NCBI RefSeq assembly: GCF_964204645.1
Contig: NC_134026.1
Span: 14,604,150-14,668,149 of the forward strand
DNA from: Tubulanus polymorphus
Lineage: Eukaryota; Animalia; Nemertea
Length of the DNA: 64,000 bases
Reading direction: 5' to 3'
The stretch's first letter is position 1; each line of letters begins with the position of its first letter. The notes under the pieces were generated by a model, which had not been told where the DNA came from, made no database searches, and saw only the letters and a list, made by a program, of their open reading frames with translations. The translations under genes and the position numbers were made by a program. Below are positions 59,089 through 64,000 of this stretch, piece by piece.

Positions 59089-60081
59089 ATGGAAGGAGGA
59101 ATATATGAAATACAAAGTTCAAGTGAAATGATACCAGATATATATTATATAATACCTTATGATGAATATAGTAAGTATTTTGGAGAACTCTTTAATCAAT
59201 TCAAATATAGAATAAGTAAAATAGATAAAAATATTGAAACAAAAATAGAAGATAATATTGAATCTAAAATAGATAATAATATTGAACCTAAAATAGAAGA
59301 TAATATTGAACCTACATCGAATGATGATAACATTGAACCTGATATCAAAACCAAAAAGACAAATGAAATATATTGTGACGTATGTAAACAGTATAAAAGT
59401 AATAAGAATTGGGCAACTCATCTTAATTCACTCAAGCATAAGAAAAATAGGAATAAGACTATAAATGAATTTAATAACGATAGTGAAATTGATAATTATA
59501 ATGTTAAAGAAGATAAATATTGTGAAGAATGTGATAAATATATAAGTCGTAGTAATTTTTCAAAGCATAAATTAACTCAAATACATTTGGATAATGTAGA
59601 AAGAAATATATGTGAAAAGTGTAATGTTGTTGTATTACCTAAAGATAAAATTAAACATGATAATTCTATTGAACATACAATAAAAGCTATTGATTCAAAA
59701 CGCCTTTATAGAGTACCAACTGTATTTTTTGATATCGAAAATAATACTCATAGGAAATTATATAGATCAATTTTTATCGATTATGTAAGAAATAATCCAA
59801 AACAAGTATTATTAGATCTAAAAACTCGTCGGACAGATATAAAAACATTTCCAAGTGATTATTCAGGTATACATTATTTCATAAAATTTAAAAATACAGA
59901 TTTGTTAACAGAATTGAAAAAAGTTGCTGCTAATGATAATTATGATAATAAAAGTGATAACGTTGATGAAATAATTCAATATTACAGTTATGCAGATTTT
60001 TCACAGGATGTTATAAATGAAATAAGAAATGATGCAGAAAATAAATATGAAAATATAAGTGAAGACAAATTAAACCAATAA
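59089..60081 (+). CDS. Maverick A C2H2 zinc-finger protein with KIEDNIE repeats (330 aa; may have extended to ~60237)
   Basis: YCDVCK..WATHLNSLKH, YCEECD..FSKHKLTQIH, ICEKCN..KHDNSIEH; TAAATG start; same composition as the other viral genes. Confidence 0.75.
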   Translation: MEGGIYEIQSSSEMIPDIYYIIPYDEYSKYFGELFNQFKYRISKIDKNIETKIEDNIESKIDNNIEPKIEDNIEPTSNDDNIEPDIKTKKTNEIYCDVCKQYKSNKNWATHLNSLKHKKNRNKTINEFNNDSEIDNYNVKEDKYCEECDKYISRSNFSKHKLTQIHLDNVERNICEKCNVVVLPKDKIKHDNSIEHTIKAIDSKRLYRVPTVFFDIENNTHRKLYRSIFIDYVRNNPKQVLLDLKTRRTDIKTFPSDYSGIHYFIKFKNTDLLTELKKVAANDNYDNKSDNVDEIIQYYSYADFSQDVINEIRNDAENKYENISEDKLNQ

Positions 60082-60248
60082 TATATTTATTTAACTTATG
60101 AATTGGATGCTAAGAGTTTGAATGCTGTTAATGGTTATCATACTAAACTATTAGGTGAAGTTGAAGGCAATAGAAAATCAAAAGAATTAAAAGATGCACG
60201 GCACAAATGGTTTTTAGAATTAGAATCAGAAAAGTAATTTAAAATATG

Positions 60249-63200
60249 AATATAGCTGCAAAGCAGCGATAACGGGTTGTCTGCACAGTCTTAGAATCCT
60301 GTTCAACGGTGGATTTCGACAAAGCATTCGATAAGGCACAACATCAGCCATTAACTAAACAGGCTATTAGGAAACAGTATCAATGATAGGTCTCCCAAAT
60401 GGCTCAGCAGTTATCTCTGAACGAAAACTTTTAGCCGAAATCAACCGAACGCCTCATCATGGAATAAGTCGGTCTAACTAGTGGAGTCACGCAACGTAGT
60501 ATCCTAAGTCGACTTCTGTTTAATGTCCTGAAAAATGACATACACAGTAATCCAAAATATACCAGACCGAGTAAATTTCCAAAAAACGAACTTAACACGC
60601 TGTTCGACCAAAAAACTTAATGTTCCGACAAGAAAATCTTGTTCAAGTGAAAACAATTCAGTTTGATCGAACAATACGCTTTTTGTTTGAACCATAACTT
60701 ACTTCATTCTTACAAAAAAATGTGTTCGAATGAAAAGCTATGTTATTGTTGAAATGAATAACTTTTTGTCCCGTCAAAAATATTTGGTTGAGCGAAAACA
60801 ATTTTTTCGAACGAATGTTTGAATGAAAACAATTCTGTTTGATTGAACGAAATACTTAATACTTTTGGTTCGGAGAAAAAACTTTTTACAATATACTTGT
60901 TTGAATGAAAAACTTAATGTTCTTACAAGAAAATTTTGTTCAAATTAAAACGATTCTGTTCGATCGAACGATTGTTCGAACGAAAAACATTTCGTTTGGA
61001 CAAAAAAAAGTTTGTTCAACTTTGTTCTAACGATTTTTTCAAATTGGTTCAATCGAACAGAATATTATTGGTTCGAGCGAAATGAATTTTGTTCCGACGA
61101 AAGAATTTTCAAGCGAAAGGTCTTTTGAACGAAAAAAAAGGATATTTCTGGGGCTCCGCAGTAACTTATCGCCAGACGTAGGTCGGCCTTGTGACAAGTT
61201 TCGGTGCAAGTCGGTTGCAATACGATTGTCGCGTTGCAGAAAGTTGAACACGTGCGACTCCTTGTGACTGGCGTTGCTGAAAGTCGCAACCCGTCGCAAC
61301 GGAGCGTAGGTCGATGAGTGGTGGCGACACAATATACTTGTTTTGTCGCGGGCGACAAAACCAAAATATTGAATTATCGCGGGCGACAAAACCAAACTAA
61401 TGAATTGTCGCGGGCAATAAAACCAAAATAATGAATTGTCGCAGGCGATAAAACCAAAATAATGAATTGTCACTGGCGATTAAACCAAAATATTGAATTG
61501 TCGCAGGCGATAAAACCAAAATATTGAATTGTCGCGCGGGACAAAACCAAAATATTTAATTGTCGCGGGCGACAAAACCAAACTAATGAATTGTCGCGGG
61601 CAATAAAACCAAAATAATGAGTTGTCGCGTGGGACAAAACCAAAATAATGAATTGTCGCGGGTGATAAAACCAAAATAATGAATTGTCGCGGGTGATAAA
61701 ACCAAAATATTGAATTGTCGCGGGCGACAAAACCAAATTAATGAATTGTCGCGGGCGATAAAACCAAATTAATGAATTGTCGCGGGCGATAAAACCAAAA
61801 TAATGATTGTCGCGGGCGATAAAACCAAAATAATGAATTGTCGCGGGCGATAAAACCAAAATAATGAATTGTCGCTGGCGATAAAACCAAAATATTGAAT
61901 TGTCGCAGGCAATAAAACCGCGACAAAAAAAAAAATTGTTGCGGGCGATAAAACCAAAATTATTGTTTTGTCGCGTTATTTTAGTTTTGTCGTTTCGTCA
62001 TAATGTCGCCCTCGTTTGCATATTGGTGTTTTTTTTACGCATGGCCCTTATCAGCCACCATATAAAAGCCTTAAGGTCGCGTAAAACTCGATAAACACTT
62101 AAAGCGACACAGCGAACGATCTCCTTTCCCCCACAGCGAACGCTTAACCTAGTAGAGGCTACTAGCCTATGTAGGCCTATGTATATGCGTAGGCCTAACA
62201 TCCGGACAGATTGGTCGTAGGCCTATTGAATAACAACCCACCTAAATATCGTAATTTTTGTTTTGAAGTTCAATCCAATGAGTCTGTTAATAAACGCAAC
62301 AATTACACTGTGTTTGTTTGAGACAGTAAAGCTCAGTACCGGTAGGCCTAAAGCCGCGTCAAACTCGATAAACACTTCAAGCGACACAGGGAACAACCCC
62401 TTTCCCCCACAGCGAACGCTTACTCCGAATGTCAAGTGTGAGTCCAGCATACGGAAAGGATTGTGTTATATACTTGTATTTAGTAAATACCTTATGCATT
62501 TGACAATGATCGGTATGTACTGTAGGAAATATAGAGTATTGATGGTATTGATATAGATGTTGAAACCCGCGGCCGAATAAAGTAATATATTCTTTTATTT
62601 TGATACCTCGTCGACATAACAGCTTTTCTCCGCTATATCTCTTCGGTGTGTTTCGTTTAGGCCTACGACTCCCCGGTACACTTATGATTTATCTTAGTAA
62701 CAACACGGTTAATTTGATAAAGAAAAATAGGTATTGCTAAACTAAGTGCTTGACGCCCGCGGCCAAATCACTGGTAGTAATAAATTAATTTGTACTCGAT
62801 TTGATTCTCATGATGAGGTGAAACTCGCAGCTGATCCCCGGAACGACGATGTAGTGACACACGTCGATTCGTCGATGTTTACGGCTCGACAGTGCTTTTA
62901 AAATCTAAAGTAGTAAATCTTGTGTATAAGTAATATAATTTGATGAGGAAAATGGGTTACTGTTAAAATTAGTTTTTAAAAACCGCGACAGAATATGCAA
63001 TCTTTCGGTAATAAATTTGTTAATTTATGCTTGAATTGATAATTGATGTGACAAGAAACGTGCGGTAGATTTCGGAAAGAGGACTTAGAAAAACATGTCG
63101 GCTCTTTGAATGGGGCTCAATTTTCGATGTTTACGGCCCGACAGTGCTTTTGTTACGATGATTCTTCAAAATACGCACGGAGCATTTGTAGATCAAAGTG

Positions 63201-63299
63201 AGCTGAACGATATCAGACGGATCGTATCGACAACAGCGGCAAGGTAACAAAGCCTTTGTTCTTTTAGTAAAAATAGTGTGGAAGAAAATAATAATAATA
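60249..63299 (+). repeat. ~3.05-kb composite repeat unit (second copy begins at 63300)
   Basis: 60249-~60960 is homologous to 63300-64000 (AATATAGCTGCAAAGCAGCGATAACGGGTT...); includes a LINE RT relic and GTTCGA-rich subrepeats. Confidence 0.75.
61343..61960. repeat. ~30-bp tandem repeat (about 20 units)
   Basis: GAATTGTCGCGGGCGATAAAACCAAAATAAT head to tail, no spacers. Confidence 0.95.
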
Positions 63300-64000
63300 A
63301 ATATAGCTGCAAAGCAGCGATAACGGGTTTTCTGCACAGTCTTAGAATCCTGTTCAACGGTGGATTTCGACAAAGCATTTGATAAGGCACAACATCAGCC
63401 ATTACTAAACAGGCTATTAGGAAACAGTATCAATGATAGGTCGCCCAAATGGCTCAGCAGTTATCTCTGAACGAAAACTTGTAGCCGAAATCAACGGAAC
63501 GCCTCATCTTGGAATAAGTCGGTCAAACTAGTGGAGTCACGCAAGGTAGTATCCTAAGTTGTCTTCTGTTTAATGTCCTGACAAATGACATACATAGTAA
63601 TCCAACATATACCAGACCGAGTAAATTTCCAAATCGACCTTAACACGCTGTTCGACTTAAAAACTTAATGTTCCAACAAGAAAATCTTGTTCGAATGAAA
63701 ATTATTCTGTTTGATCTAACAATACGCTTTTTCCTTGAACCAAAAATTTTCCTCATCCTGACAAAAAATGTGTTCGAATAAAAAGCTATGTTATTGTTGA
63801 AATGAAAAATTTTTAGTCCCGCCAAAAAAATTTGGTTGAGCGAAAACAATTTTTTCGAACCAATGTTTGAATAAAAACAATTCTGTTCGATTGAACGAAA
63901 TACTTAATACTTTCGGTTCGGAGAAAAAACTTTTTTCAATATACTTGTTCGAACGAAAAACTTAATGTTCTGACAAAAAATTCTGTTCAAATTAAAACGA
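63300..64000 (+). repeat. Second copy of the composite repeat, running off the window
   Basis: Homologous to 60249-60960. Confidence 0.85.

Larger units (their letters stand above)
20292..60240 (+). mobile_element. Maverick/Polinton-like endogenous virus A (degenerate; own sequence ~20.3-26.7, 29.1-32.3 and 58.8-60.2 kb)
   Basis: Extremely AT-rich, intron-free, tightly packed gene array with pPolB, penton and MCP; the MCP gene resumes exactly at 58823 after the Academ insertion. Right end not seen. Confidence 0.85.

Noticed and set aside
60081-60260. Right TIR or TSD of Maverick A
   Set aside because: No copy of the 20292 hairpin or of the B/C TIR; the element is cut off by the downstream repeat.
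61343-61960. CRISPR-like 30-bp repeats
   Set aside because: Units are head to tail with no unique spacers and no cas genes; eukaryotic minisatellite. The ORFs over it are artefacts.

Overview
AT-rich, repeat-dense eukaryotic DNA, most likely from an invertebrate animal; no host gene is recognisable. 1-20 kb holds decayed retroelements, all on the minus strand: four Penelope-like (PLE) fragments (two with minimal hammerhead ribozymes), a Jockey/I-like RT fragment and an L2/CR1-group LINE interrupted by a Mutator-type element. 20.3-60.2 kb is a nested stack. Maverick/Polinton-like endogenous virus A (pPolB, penton, membrane proteins, major capsid protein) is interrupted by a MULE and by an Academ transposon (32291-58822, ~570-bp TIRs, ATA TSD). 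The Academ holds Maverick B (33321-52674, 345-bp TIRs, TATATT TSD). B holds an inverted Maverick C and a young Penelope with an intact 802-aa ORF. Most notable observations: (1) nearly every Maverick gene starts at TAAATG, and most structural/membrane genes carry T-run + ~6 nt + TAAATG, the layout of poxvirus late promoters, which suggests a poxvirus-dependent, virophage-like element; (2) a 24-27-bp GC-rich double-hairpin micro-element sits at three different sites in the Mavericks, each with an AT duplication; (3) a PLE appears to link an SGNH-like ORF1 to its RT ORF through a U_UUA_AAC -1 frameshift signal; (4) a 152-nt imperfect hairpin lies at the left edge of Maverick A. All family assignments come from motifs read by eye; no database search was run.
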